DNA from: a virus
Reading direction: 5' to 3' (one strand)
DNA: 64,000 bases
Virus record (IMG/VR): IMGVR_UViG_3300008113_004623
Coordinates: 1-64,000 of that record
This document shows positions 29,103-40,100 of the stretch, in pieces. The stretch's first letter is position 1; each line of letters opens with the position of its first letter. The notes below the pieces were generated by a model. It made no database searches, had not been told where the DNA came from, and saw only the letters and a program-made list of their open reading frames with translations. The translations under genes were made by a program, and so were the position numbers.

Positions 29103-29615
29103 ATGCCAAACATTAAACTAAACTTAGAAGTATATAAATCAAAGGACTGTGGCAGCATGGCTGTACTTGATACGTCCTACTATCCAGTACCACCTGATAC
29201 TGCTAGTATCACTATTGATGTACCAGGTTATGATACTCCGTACAACTTTCCTTTTATCTTAAACGAGATAAATATTTTAAACGCTTATTCGTTTGGCCTA
29301 GTTGCAAATGATGAGGACAGCGCTCAGTATCAATTACCTGACGGTGTTTATCATTTGACTATTACTACTTGTCCTGACTTAGGATTAAATAGTAGATTCC
29401 ATCTAAGAACCTGTAATATTGATTGTCGCTTAGCTGCTCAGTGGGTTAAGTACGTTGACTGCTGCGACGATGAAAAAATGTTATACTACTTAGATAAAAT
29501 TGACTTCTTGTTACGGGGAGCTGAAGCTCAAGCCGATTTGTGCAACCCAGAAAAAGCCACTGAACTTTATAGAAAAGCAGATGACTTACTCAGAAGAATT
29601 GAACTTGACTGTTAA
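29103..29615 (+). CDS. Cys-rich structural protein (tail hub-like)
   Basis: DTSYY and LPDGVY motifs; helical Cys-containing C-terminus. Confidence 0.6.
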   Translation: MPNIKLNLEVYKSKDCGSMAVLDTSYYPVPPDTASITIDVPGYDTPYNFPFILNEINILNAYSFGLVANDEDSAQYQLPDGVYHLTITTCPDLGLNSRFHLRTCNIDCRLAAQWVKYVDCCDDEKMLYYLDKIDFLLRGAEAQADLCNPEKATELYRKADDLLRRIELDC

Positions 29616-29769
29616 GAAGAAACTTGCTAATGCTGCCTACAAAGAGTTGCAGCATATCAAGTATCTGACTAAACCATATCATAAAAAGTCTAGAAAGTAC
29701 GCAAGCTTTCTTAGATATCAACATTGCTTAGATTGCGCACAAACTTTAAATTTTAAAACAAAACACTAA
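29581..29769 (+). CDS. small basic protein
   Basis: MTYSEELNL... with C-terminal CLDC; ATG 29581 preferred over the track start. Confidence 0.5.
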   Translation: MTYSEELNLTVKKKLANAAYKELQHIKYLTKPYHKKSRKYASFLRYQHCLDCAQTLNFKTKH

Positions 29770-29770
29770 C

Positions 29771-30325
29771 ATGGCTAAATGTTGTCAAACAAATAACTGC
29801 GTAGAACTAACACCATCAGGGTGTGTTCGATACACTGGTACTCCTACCGAAGGAGGACTTATTGATAAACAGGACTACTGTGATCCTTATATTAATGATA
29901 TCATTAAGTTGTTTGATGACAACTTAACCTCATTAGATGTTCGAGTAGGTATAGATAAAACCGCATTAGACACAGCTAACACAGCTTGTGGTACATCGCC
30001 TGTTATCAATACTAACACTATAACAGTAAAAGACGATAAGTATTATTCGTCTGAGGTAGTTCTTAAACTTGTAGGAGTAATCTGTGAACTTCGTTCTAGA
30101 TTAAACTATTTAGTAAATGAGAACATCAACGTAAATTCAGGCAATCTTCATTGGGAAGATTTACCATTGAGTCCTGATTTTAAAAATTGGATGCAACAAA
30201 ATGGATATGCCGCTTGTTTAGGCAATGATCCTTGCGATCCAACTCAACAGATTCAAACTCTAGGAGTATTACTTCAAGCTTTAATTAAAAAGATTTGTGA
30301 GTGCTGCGAGGGCACTATTCAATAA
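29771..30325 (+). CDS. Cys-rich structural protein
   Basis: C..LTPSGCVRYTG and TLG.LLQALI.KIC motifs. Confidence 0.6.
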   Translation: MAKCCQTNNCVELTPSGCVRYTGTPTEGGLIDKQDYCDPYINDIIKLFDDNLTSLDVRVGIDKTALDTANTACGTSPVINTNTITVKDDKYYSSEVVLKLVGVICELRSRLNYLVNENINVNSGNLHWEDLPLSPDFKNWMQQNGYAACLGNDPCDPTQQIQTLGVLLQALIKKICECCEGTIQ

Positions 30326-30333
30326 AATAAACT

Positions 30334-32250
30334 ATGGGACATTGTACTGATTGTTACGGATCTTCAGTTGTAGCCCCTTGCAGTGATCAAGGTTGCTTAT
30401 CAACAAACTGGGCTAAGTGTATTACTTACTCAGGTGTAGACTTATATTGCGCAACTGGCGCACTTGGAACTATTAGCATTTCTGGTACTGCTGTTGTGCC
30501 TGGAACCACTACTACGCACTCAAATGTATCAGGAGTAAACCTTACTGGTTCAGGTGTAGGTGCCACTTTTGACGTAGTAAGAACTGCAGGAAGTAATACT
30601 TACACAGTAATTATTGCCAACAGAGGTTCTGGATATGCTCCTTTAAATCAGATTAAAATTTTAGGAACTAGTGTAGGAGGTGCTTCTCCAGCTAACGATA
30701 TTACGTTAACTGTACAAACACTAAATGCAGTTATTCCTACAGGAGCTAACTTAGACACCATTATTACTACTTTCCACAATGCTTTGTGTTCTGCAGTAGT
30801 TGGCGGTGGCGGTGTAGATTACTCTGCATTAAACTATTCTTGTCTTCGTCAAAACGGAGTCTTGACAGGAATTGGAACTCCGATTACCACTGAAGCTCAG
30901 TTTGTACAGTCTGCATCTGCTGCAATGTGTGCATTAAACACAACGCTTCAAGATTATGATGGACAAATTATCTTAAATAACATCGAAGGAGCCATACCAG
31001 GTTTACCTGCAACTTATAACTTAGATCAGTATTTAACTTCTCTTACTTCTTATGTAAATACTATTAGAAGTTATGTAGAAATGGATACTGTGTTAGGTAA
31101 TCCTTGTATTAGCTATCCTTTTTCAGCAAAGCCTACTTCTGATTTAATTTCTGATTACATTAATTGGATTACAAGTAATATGTGCGGCATGCACACTTCT
31201 TTAAGTGGATTTGCAGCTACAACAGCTACAACAGCAAATAACTTAAAGACATATATCTCTGGAGTTGGTGCAGTGCCTGCAAACGTAAACACGTCTTCTC
31301 TGCCTGGTGGATCTGCAACTAGTACTGCGTCAGCAGCTATTAGTTTGCTTGTTTCTCAAGTAGCTAGTATTAATGGAACTTTGTTAACAGTACCAACTGC
31401 AAACTATGCATTAACTTGGGCATCTTGTTTTCCTAGTTCTTTCCCAGCTAACTCAGTATTTACTGGACAAACTTGGAACTATACCAACACAGCAACTACT
31501 TTACAAACTCAATTAGATCGTATAGTAGCAGTTCTTTCTACGCTAAACATAAAATTCGACAATACGAAATTTACCATTACTGCAGGATCTTGTGGTCCTA
31601 CAATTGGTTTAGCTGCAGGAGTTGCATTTACTCCAGCTAGTTTGAATGCTGCTGTATTAAACGACCTAGGAGACGTAACTATAACTTCACCTTCTAACGG
31701 GGATATTTTAACCTATGAGTCAGCAGTTTGGAAGAACAAAGCAATTACTGTAAAAGTAAACGGCTCAACTGTTGGAGTTACTAAGACTGTAAGTGCAAGT
31801 GAGGTTGCCTTTGACTTAGCTTTAGTTAATAATACTCCAGTTATTTATCCATTGATTGGTGCAAGTTCTGCTGAGTTTGCCGTAGTTAATGCTACTAGAT
31901 TCCCACTAGGAGGTCAACCATTCCCTTACGCAGTTTTGCACGGAAACATGGTAACTCTACATGGAGTACTTCAGCTTAATATGGTAAGCTTTACTTGGAA
32001 TCACTTAGCGTCTAAGTTAGTAGCTACATTACCAGCAGCAGTAAGACCTGCTTCAACTGATGTATACTTTAATGCAGAACTATACATTAAAGTAGGAGCA
32101 AACTACTCTTCAGTTTATACTAGAGCTACTGGACACATTACACCTGGTGGTAATTTAAATCTAAATTTAATGAACCCTGCAGGAGGTATTGTACTTACTT
32201 CAGGAGATTTGATTGAAGTAGTAATAGGAGGCGTTACCTACGCTATATAA
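30334..32250 (+). CDS. Cys-rich fibre/spike protein
   Basis: CITYSG N-terminus, LNDLGDVTITSPSNGDILTY...WKN, and C-terminal VTLHG...ATLPAAVRP (gp53-like) motifs. Confidence 0.65.
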   Translation: MGHCTDCYGSSVVAPCSDQGCLSTNWAKCITYSGVDLYCATGALGTISISGTAVVPGTTTTHSNVSGVNLTGSGVGATFDVVRTAGSNTYTVIIANRGSGYAPLNQIKILGTSVGGASPANDITLTVQTLNAVIPTGANLDTIITTFHNALCSAVVGGGGVDYSALNYSCLRQNGVLTGIGTPITTEAQFVQSASAAMCALNTTLQDYDGQIILNNIEGAIPGLPATYNLDQYLTSLTSYVNTIRSYVEMDTVLGNPCISYPFSAKPTSDLISDYINWITSNMCGMHTSLSGFAATTATTANNLKTYISGVGAVPANVNTSSLPGGSATSTASAAISLLVSQVASINGTLLTVPTANYALTWASCFPSSFPANSVFTGQTWNYTNTATTLQTQLDRIVAVLSTLNIKFDNTKFTITAGSCGPTIGLAAGVAFTPASLNAAVLNDLGDVTITSPSNGDILTYESAVWKNKAITVKVNGSTVGVTKTVSASEVAFDLALVNNTPVIYPLIGASSAEFAVVNATRFPLGGQPFPYAVLHGNMVTLHGVLQLNMVSFTWNHLASKLVATLPAAVRPASTDVYFNAELYIKVGANYSSVYTRATGHITPGGNLNLNLMNPAGGIVLTSGDLIEVVIGGVTYAI

Positions 32251-32253
32251 GAT

Positions 32254-32322
32254 ATTGACAGGATTTAGGTTGGTTTCCCCTGTCTAATGCTGAAATGAGC
32301 CTAGGAGACTAGGCTCTATCAG
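32254..32322 (+). promoter_or_regulatory. tandem hairpin element (16-nt loop hairpin plus GAGA tetraloop hairpin)
   Basis: GACAGG/CCTGTC enclosing ATTTAGGTTGGTTTCC, then GAGCCTAG-GAGA-CTAGGCTC. Confidence 0.6.
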
Positions 32323-32334
32323 TTTAAGATAAAC

Positions 32335-32364
32335 TTGACTAAAAATGAAATTTAAGTATATTTG
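32335..32364 (+). promoter_or_regulatory. Bacteroidota sigma-A type promoter
   Basis: TTG(32335)-N19-TATATTTG(32357-32364). Confidence 0.7.
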
Positions 32365-32378
32365 TAATACGTAGAGTT

Positions 32379-32845
32379 ATGCTAACTAATGCAGAATTAA
32401 TCGCTAGAGTTAAAAATGCTATGATTTAAGTTGTAATGTACGAAGAACTAAAAATAAACTTCCTAAAATAGAAGAAGGATTATATTCCTACTTTATTCAG
32501 GGGGTATTTAATACTTCAAACTCTGAAGAGTTGTTTCCAACAACAATCAGAGATTTCATCAACCACAGTCGCCTAAGAGTTAAAACGCCAAAGAAATTCT
32601 ACACAATTCGTAATGGTTACTTATATGTACTAGACCCTGACGTAGAGTCTGTGAATATGTATGCCTACTTTACTGAGTCAATTGAAGATGCTGATGGATC
32701 TGAATGTCTTAGTATGTACGATAAAGAATTTAAGATTGCTTCCTATTTAGTTGATCCTTTAATTCAGTTGGTTAATCAGGAATTAATTAATTACCATAAG
32801 TTACCAGTTGAGCAAGAGGATAACAATAGAGATGAACAAATTTAA
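32379..32845 (+). pseudogene. tail ring protein gene broken near 32420
   Basis: MLTNAELIARVKNA stops at 32429; a second frame open from 32414 reads CYDLSCNVRRTKNKLPKI...NGYLYV...EDNNRD. Confidence 0.65.
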
Positions 32846-32847
32846 TT

Positions 32848-33300
32848 ATGGAAGTTAAGCCAAGAGCACATTACAAAACTTTAGTATCCGATATAAACTG
32901 CACATCAAAAGTCGCCTACCGAAAGTTTTTAAAAGACACACAACGTTCTGACATTACATTTGAGATGTTTTCAAAAATCCCGCCTTTAGTGCATGAGGCG
33001 ATGATTGAGAAAATAAAGTCTGGCCCATATGCGGTTAATATTCCTAATCTAGGAGTATTAAAGCTATTAAAGCTAATTCCTATTTTAAAAGGACATGCAT
33101 TAATAGATTGGGGCAGATACAACAAAACTAAGGTGTGGGCTCCTCATAGAAATAATCATTCCGATGGTTACATCTATAAAACCCATCTTTATACATACGC
33201 AAAGAAATACCCCAAGTTAAGTTTCTTTGATTTCCAAGTTGCTCGGAAACACCAAAGAGAATTAGCTCGACTGATAAAAAATAACGAACTAAACCGATGA
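32848..33300 (+). CDS. IHF/HU-like protein of the crAss-like tail module
   Basis: IPNLG.L, IDW, N.HSDGY motifs; basic. Confidence 0.6.
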   Translation: MEVKPRAHYKTLVSDINCTSKVAYRKFLKDTQRSDITFEMFSKIPPLVHEAMIEKIKSGPYAVNIPNLGVLKLLKLIPILKGHALIDWGRYNKTKVWAPHRNNHSDGYIYKTHLYTYAKKYPKLSFFDFQVARKHQRELARLIKNNELNR

Positions 33301-34133
33301 AGTACGAAAATATAAACTTCATATCTTCTGAGCCTCTAATTGCCGAGGTTAAACAAGAACTTAAAAGTTACTTTGAATCAGGAGCTATTTCTGAAATTTT
33401 AATACCTACATTTATAGATCAAGCATTACGCAAGTTAAAGGTGATGGTTTTAAAACCTGAAGATGTAATTCTTCACTTTGTTAATTATAAGTCTGAATTA
33501 CCTTGTGACTTTGCTTTACTTGATCGTGCAGTTCTTTATGATTCAGATATTACTTTTTCTTCTGGAATGACTTCTTTAAAAGGGTATTGGTATCGTTCTT
33601 ATGAAGTTCTTGAAGGGTGCGTAGACTGTAATCCTAAGACAGAGTTCTTTGAGCAGCTAATGATTCCTACTCCTGGGTTTAAAATAACAATGAAGAAACC
33701 TAAGTGGGTAAGAGTTTATCACGGATCTAAATCTTTGTGTACTGAGGGCTGCCCAAACTTAAACGAGCCTGGTCCTGAGATTATTCAAATTCATAATAAC
33801 AAAACCGTAAGTTCTTCTTTTGAAGAGGGCTGTATACACGTAAGATATTTTTCTCGTCCTGTTGACGACGACGGTATTCCTACAGTTCCAGAAATTTTGG
33901 AAGTTGAAGAATACATAAAAGCTTATTTAAAATTTAAATTCTTTGAAATCTTATGGCACTCTCAGATTGATGAAAGTGCTGCTCAAGTAGAAAAGAAATT
34001 TCAGTACTACAAACAAGACCAACTTGCTAAGTTACAGGCTGCATTTTCTTATCTGCTTACCAAGACCAAACAGCAAATTGCTGATAGCGTAGTAAAGGGT
34101 AGAAAACAATTCGTTAAATACCACATTAAATAA
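33297..34133 (+). CDS. tail tubular/ring protein
   Basis: NYKSELPCDF, SFEEG.I...Y, DDDGIP.VPE motifs; directly before the muzzle gene. Confidence 0.7.
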   Translation: MKYENINFISSEPLIAEVKQELKSYFESGAISEILIPTFIDQALRKLKVMVLKPEDVILHFVNYKSELPCDFALLDRAVLYDSDITFSSGMTSLKGYWYRSYEVLEGCVDCNPKTEFFEQLMIPTPGFKITMKKPKWVRVYHGSKSLCTEGCPNLNEPGPEIIQIHNNKTVSSSFEEGCIHVRYFSRPVDDDGIPTVPEILEVEEYIKAYLKFKFFEILWHSQIDESAAQVEKKFQYYKQDQLAKLQAAFSYLLTKTKQQIADSVVKGRKQFVKYHIK

Positions 34134-37100
34134 TGGAAAACAAAGTAAATCAGAATCTCATAGGACTTAACCTTGACGCAATTACGTGGCAAGTAAAAGA
34201 CAATCAAATTACTTGGGCTTTAAATGCAAACATTCAAGCCCACGATGGAGATTCTATTACTTATACCAACGAGCCTGGTAACACTTCTTGTTACGATTTT
34301 ACAGAAGGAGAATTAGCAGGATTTAAAGTTGTTGGATTTACTAACATTGTTGAGCAGTCAAAAGTTATTTTATTTCTTACACACCCCGATGGACGTTCTC
34401 GCATAGGGCAGATTACAGCAATTAACAACGCCTGCTTAGATATAGAGATAACTGAAAAGGACTGTGGCTGTAAAGAAGGAACAATCATAACAGAGAATAC
34501 TGTATTTGAAGACTTACCTGAGCCAACTGTTTCTTTAGAGTGTCCAGCTGGATTTACTTATAATCCAATTTCAAAGAAGTGCGAACAAATCGCATATAGA
34601 GCATTGAACACAGAGTTACCAGGTGTTCCTGTAATTGAAACTTGTATAGACGGTGGACCTTGTGGAGTTGTTTCTACTCACGGATGTAACTATCCAAGAG
34701 TATATGGCGATACTTGGACAGCATTAGATCCTAATAGTTATTCATCTATTTACTCAACTTTGAACCAGTCTTTCTGGGTTCCTAATGGTGCGGGTGTGTT
34801 TAATGTCTCTACTTATGTAAAAGAGATTGCTGTACAAGCAGACTTAAATCCTTCAGGTGGAGGATGTCGAACCTGCCATACTGTGTCGCACGGGTTTATT
34901 GGATTCACAGAAACAGTATGTATTCCTGAAACTAAAAAATATTTCTTAGGAGTTGCGGCCGATGAATCCTTGCGTATTACTGTAGATGGTGTTGTTATCT
35001 TAGATATTCAAGCAGGAACAAGTCCAACTGAATCTGCAAAAAGATTATTTGCAAATTATCCAGGAAATCCAGCTGTAGATAATGGTTCGACTATGTGGTC
35101 AACCTTTAATATCTTTCCAGTTGAGTTTACTGCAGGTAGTCACTTAATTAAGTTTGAGTATAGAAACAGTTTAGGTATTGGGATGTTTGCGTATGAGTTA
35201 TACGACATTACTTTAGCTGAACTTACAAGCCCTTCTTTAACAAAAGCTACATTACAAAGTAAAAGAGTTATTAGTAATGGCCAGCCTATTAGTTCTCAAC
35301 CTAAACGTCCTACTACTGCTAATCCTCCAGGATTAGGTGGTTTGTTTACTGAGTTGACTAGTGCTTGTCCTGAAGGTTACACACTAGTTGCTGATGAAAA
35401 CTGTCTTGTAAGATGTAGAGGAATTATTTATCAAAATCAAATTGAGATTACTTCTGAACCTACTTGCTGTAAATACGAAGATCTCGTTGTAGATGATTGC
35501 TTATCATCTTGCGAAGATGATTGTTATGAGTATGTAGTAGGCTTTAAAGCTTCGGGCATAGCAGTAACAGACCCTACTACTGGGGAAGTTATAGTTATAG
35601 GGGATCCATTAAGCACAGTACAAAAAACATTTAGTTACACTGACTGTGAAGGAAACTATGTTGAGGACTTTATTTTAGCTACTAACAAAAGATTCAAAGC
35701 AAAGAAAGGTACTTTAGATTTAAACCACCCAAGACTAGTCGTAATTCAAGAAGTTCTTGTAACAGGACAAACGCAGACTTTTTCTAAAGATAACTGTTGT
35801 TTAAACTTTGATATTGCTTTTCCTGTAAACGCAGAATACCGCATAGATGAGTGTGAGACTAAAATTTATTATATCTCTAGAAACAATCCTCCTAGATATT
35901 TTTCTGTAGAATATCCTTATGGTAGAGATGCTTGTGGTGAAGCAAGAACTTGTATTAAAGAATCTTGTGAGGACTCTAAAATCTTTGCTGACTTTTGTAT
36001 TCCAGAAGTACATGTAACTGATGTAAATGACGGAGGACAATTAAAGGCAGGTGTTTATTCTTTTGCTATTGCTTATGCAGACGAACAAGGAATTGAGCTT
36101 ACTGAGTATTGTGATCTTACTAATCCAATTCCTATTTATGAAAGATCAATTACCGAACAAACTGAGTATGTAACCTCCAAGTCGGTTAACTTAAAAGTTT
36201 TACATAAGACTAAGATATTTGAATACTTTAACGTAGTAGTAGCTGAGACAGTTAACACTGTTACCAATTATCATTTAGTAGGAACTTACAGAGTTAATCA
36301 GTACGCAGACACAGACCAAGTTATTTATACAGGAGATTATAAATCTACGTTCTCTTCCATTGTTCCGCTTATTCGTGGTCCCCATTACGAAACAGCAAAC
36401 ATTATTGAGAAGCAAAACGACATTCTAATGTTAGCTGACTTAGAGGAGTATCCTAAATATAACTTCCAGCCCTTTGCTTCTAAGATTAACCTTTTGTGGG
36501 AAACTGTACAGATGCCTGCAGATGGACAGTTTGATTACTCTTCTCCTGAAGTTGCATACTTCTTCCGCACTTATCAGCGTGATGAGGTTTATGCTTTTGG
36601 TATTAAGTTCAGACTAAAGAACGGTAAGTATACAGATGTATTCCATATTCCAGGAAGAAAAGCCAACTCAAATGATTTAATACTAGAACAAGCTGCAAGT
36701 AATTTAGATGTCTTTGTTGGAGAATCTGATTGTATATTCCCAAGTGAACTTCCTCGTTGGCAAGTATACAACACTGCAAGTGCTGGCGTACCTATATCTA
36801 AAGACGAAGATCTTTCTGATGAAATTGAAAAACAATATAACTGTGCTATTAAAAACCATAAGCAAGGTCAATTTGCTTACTGGGAGTCTACCGAAGTATA
36901 TCCATGCTACGATGAGATATGGGGACAGTCTACCGATCCTAACGCACCTTATTACGACCCAAATGCCTTAGCAGGTAAACCTATAAGACATCATAAGTTT
37001 CCTGACTCTGCTAAAGTCCATATACACGACAAGCAGATGGCGCATGATGGAGAGATAGATCACACAGTAACCAACGACTACAACTCAACCATCTATCCTA

Positions 37101-40100
37101 TTGGGGTACGTATAGACGAAGCTGCTTTGACTTCTTTGTTAAATCAAAAGAAAGCAGACGGAACTTATGCATACACTGTTTACGATCCTATTAAAAAGAC
37201 TAACGTTCCAATTAAAGACGTTATTTGTGGATACGAACTGGTGCATGCAACTCGCGTAGGTAACAAGTCTGTTATAGCAAAAGGTCTTTTATATGACGTA
37301 GGTGTATTTGAAGATAACTCTGGAGATGGTCCTATCAAGAAATACTACTATCCTAACTACCCATACAACGATTTATTTGCTGATCCCTACTTGATGAATG
37401 ATTCAAGATGGTATCAGGAAAGTGAAAAGGTATTGGAAGAAGACGGTTCTACTGGCGTAGGTGGTGTAGGTGGATTTGCCAATGTTCCTATTATCGGTAA
37501 CAACAGATACACTTTCTATTCTCCCGATACATCTTTCCAATATCCTAAGATTGGAACAGAGCTTAAATTAGAGACCATTGAGTTTGGTAAAGTACTAGGT
37601 CACTTTATGCCAGTGGCTGAACACCCTCGCTATAGATTCTTAAAGAAACAAGCGTTTATTGACGCAGGTACTTTGGCTTCTCTTATTTCTTTTGAGCAAA
37701 AATCAGAGACTGAAGCCGACATTTCTGTTACCGTAGGAGGTAGAAACCGAAGTGCATTTACTGCTAGAATAGATAAACTGTTTACTAACGAACAATTATT
37801 CTTGGATATAGCCGAGAAACTTATTCCATTTGTAAACTTTGCTTATCAGTATAATTCAATTGCTACTTATAACCAATATGTTGCAATAGACCCACTTAAC
37901 CTTCCTTCCATACATAGAGGAAAGTCACGTAGGTTTCACAATAGACTTAGAGAAACTTCAGTTTATCTTAAACTAAGAGATTATCTTCCATTACACTCTA
38001 CTCAGATTATAGATAATAGTCGTTACATAGCCTCGAATCATGCTTCTAGTAATCCACAAGATTTAACTGAAGACAGATTAACTAGAGCCTATTACTCTTC
38101 AGTAAAACGACAATTCCCTAATCAGTACGGTCCACTTGAAAACTTACGTTATGTAAACACAGGTTATCGTCAAGATATTATCACACATGCTGGGGGTTCA
38201 GTAAGTTTATCTTATAAATACTATCCTGCTTTTGGAGGAGATACTTACATTACACCTTTTGCTATTAAGCGTAAACATTCTTTCTTTACAAGAAACTTAG
38301 TTAACCTTCCAGCCAAAGCCGATGAGATGCCATTTGACTACTGGTTATTTCCTAACTTAGGATATCCAAAGTTTTTTATTGGGACCAGTTCAAATATGGA
38401 CAGCTTAAATTCTGGAGACATTGCTGCGTTTATTGCTGGTATTGCTATTGCTGTGGCCGCTAGTTACGGCTTCACTGCTACAGGAGGTTTAGCTGGCGTA
38501 GGAAATTACTTAACTCAAATTACTACCAACTACGTTTTTATGAATGGTGCAGCTCCTTTTATTACTTTAGGAGTTAATGCTATTTGGAGCAAGTTTGTTA
38601 AGAAAACATCTTTAGACAAAGCAGAAAATACCAGATATCATAAAGACGGTATTTTTTATACAGCGTCTTATGGTATTCCAATTTTCTTTGTAGAGTCTGA
38701 CGTAAACCTACACTTCCGTCACGGTCGTGATTTAGACAAAGAGAACTTCTACCCTAACGTAGGTGGAGGAGTTCCTGATGACTGGTTGCAAGAAGCTACT
38801 GTACCGATTAAGTTTGATAACTACTATCACTACAACGCGACTTACTCTGTACAAAATATGTCGCCTAACCAGCCCTATCGATTAAAGTACCCTAACTTAG
38901 AGTGTATTATTAATCACCAGAACAGAGTAATCTATTCAGATCAGGCTAGTGATTCTAATCTTACCTCAGACAAGTGGTTAGCTTTCCGTCCAGGAAACTT
39001 CTACGACTTCCCTAAACAAGGTGGCCGCTTAATTGATTTAAATGCAGGAGAGAGCGAAAGAGTGTATGCTCGATTTGAAAATACCACTAAAGTATACAAT
39101 GCTCGTATTGTATTAAGTTCTACTTCTCCTTATCAGTTAGAGATAGGCAACGCAGATATGTTCAAGCAGAAGCCTGTAGATTTGTCTGCTACTGACTTAG
39201 GATATATTGGATCTCAGCACAAAGCGTATGTACGTTGTGAGTACGGAACATTCTGGGTGGATGCTAAACGTGGTCACGTTTATCAAATCACTGGACAAGG
39301 ATTTAACGAGATTAAGTCTGAATTAAACTATAACTGGTTTAAAGAAAACCTACCATTCCAAATTCTAAAAGACTTCCCTGAAGCAGACGTAGATGTTCCT
39401 TCATTGGGTATTGGAATTATTATGGGCTGGGACGAGCGTTTTGAGCGTATCTTTATAACTAAGTTAGACTACAGAGTAAGACTTCAGTACAGAACAGGTA
39501 CTACTAAAGTAGAATACATAACCGATAGACTAGACCCTGACTATCGCTATTACGTTCTTAATACCAACGGAGTACGTACACGTATTGACTTTAGTCAGAA
39601 AGAATACTTTGAGAACAAGTCATGGACTGTAGCATATAGCCCAAAGATGAAGAACTTTATTTCTTTCTATTCTTTCATGCCTAACTTCTTTATTCCTCAG
39701 TTGGGACACTTCCAAACTATCATAACTACTCCACTAGGATCATCTTTGTGGAATCATAATTTAAGCCCATATATTTACCAAACTTATTACGGTAAATTAT
39801 ATCCTTACATTATTGAGTACTTAATAAATAGTTTGCCAATCAACTCGTCTGTAACTAGTATATCTTTAATTCAAGATATCCAAGAGTACTATTCTAAGTA
39901 TGAATACTATTCTTTGGGTACAGCAAATAATAAAAACACAGCTAACTTTACAAAAGCAATTGTCTATAATCGTGAACAATCTTCTGGAATTATTAATTTA
40001 ATACCTGAAGTTTTTGGTAACACTAGACAAAAGATTTTGTATCCAAGAATGACCCCTACTGGTATTGAGGCTCTTCTTTCTAGGAGAGAAAACAAATATA

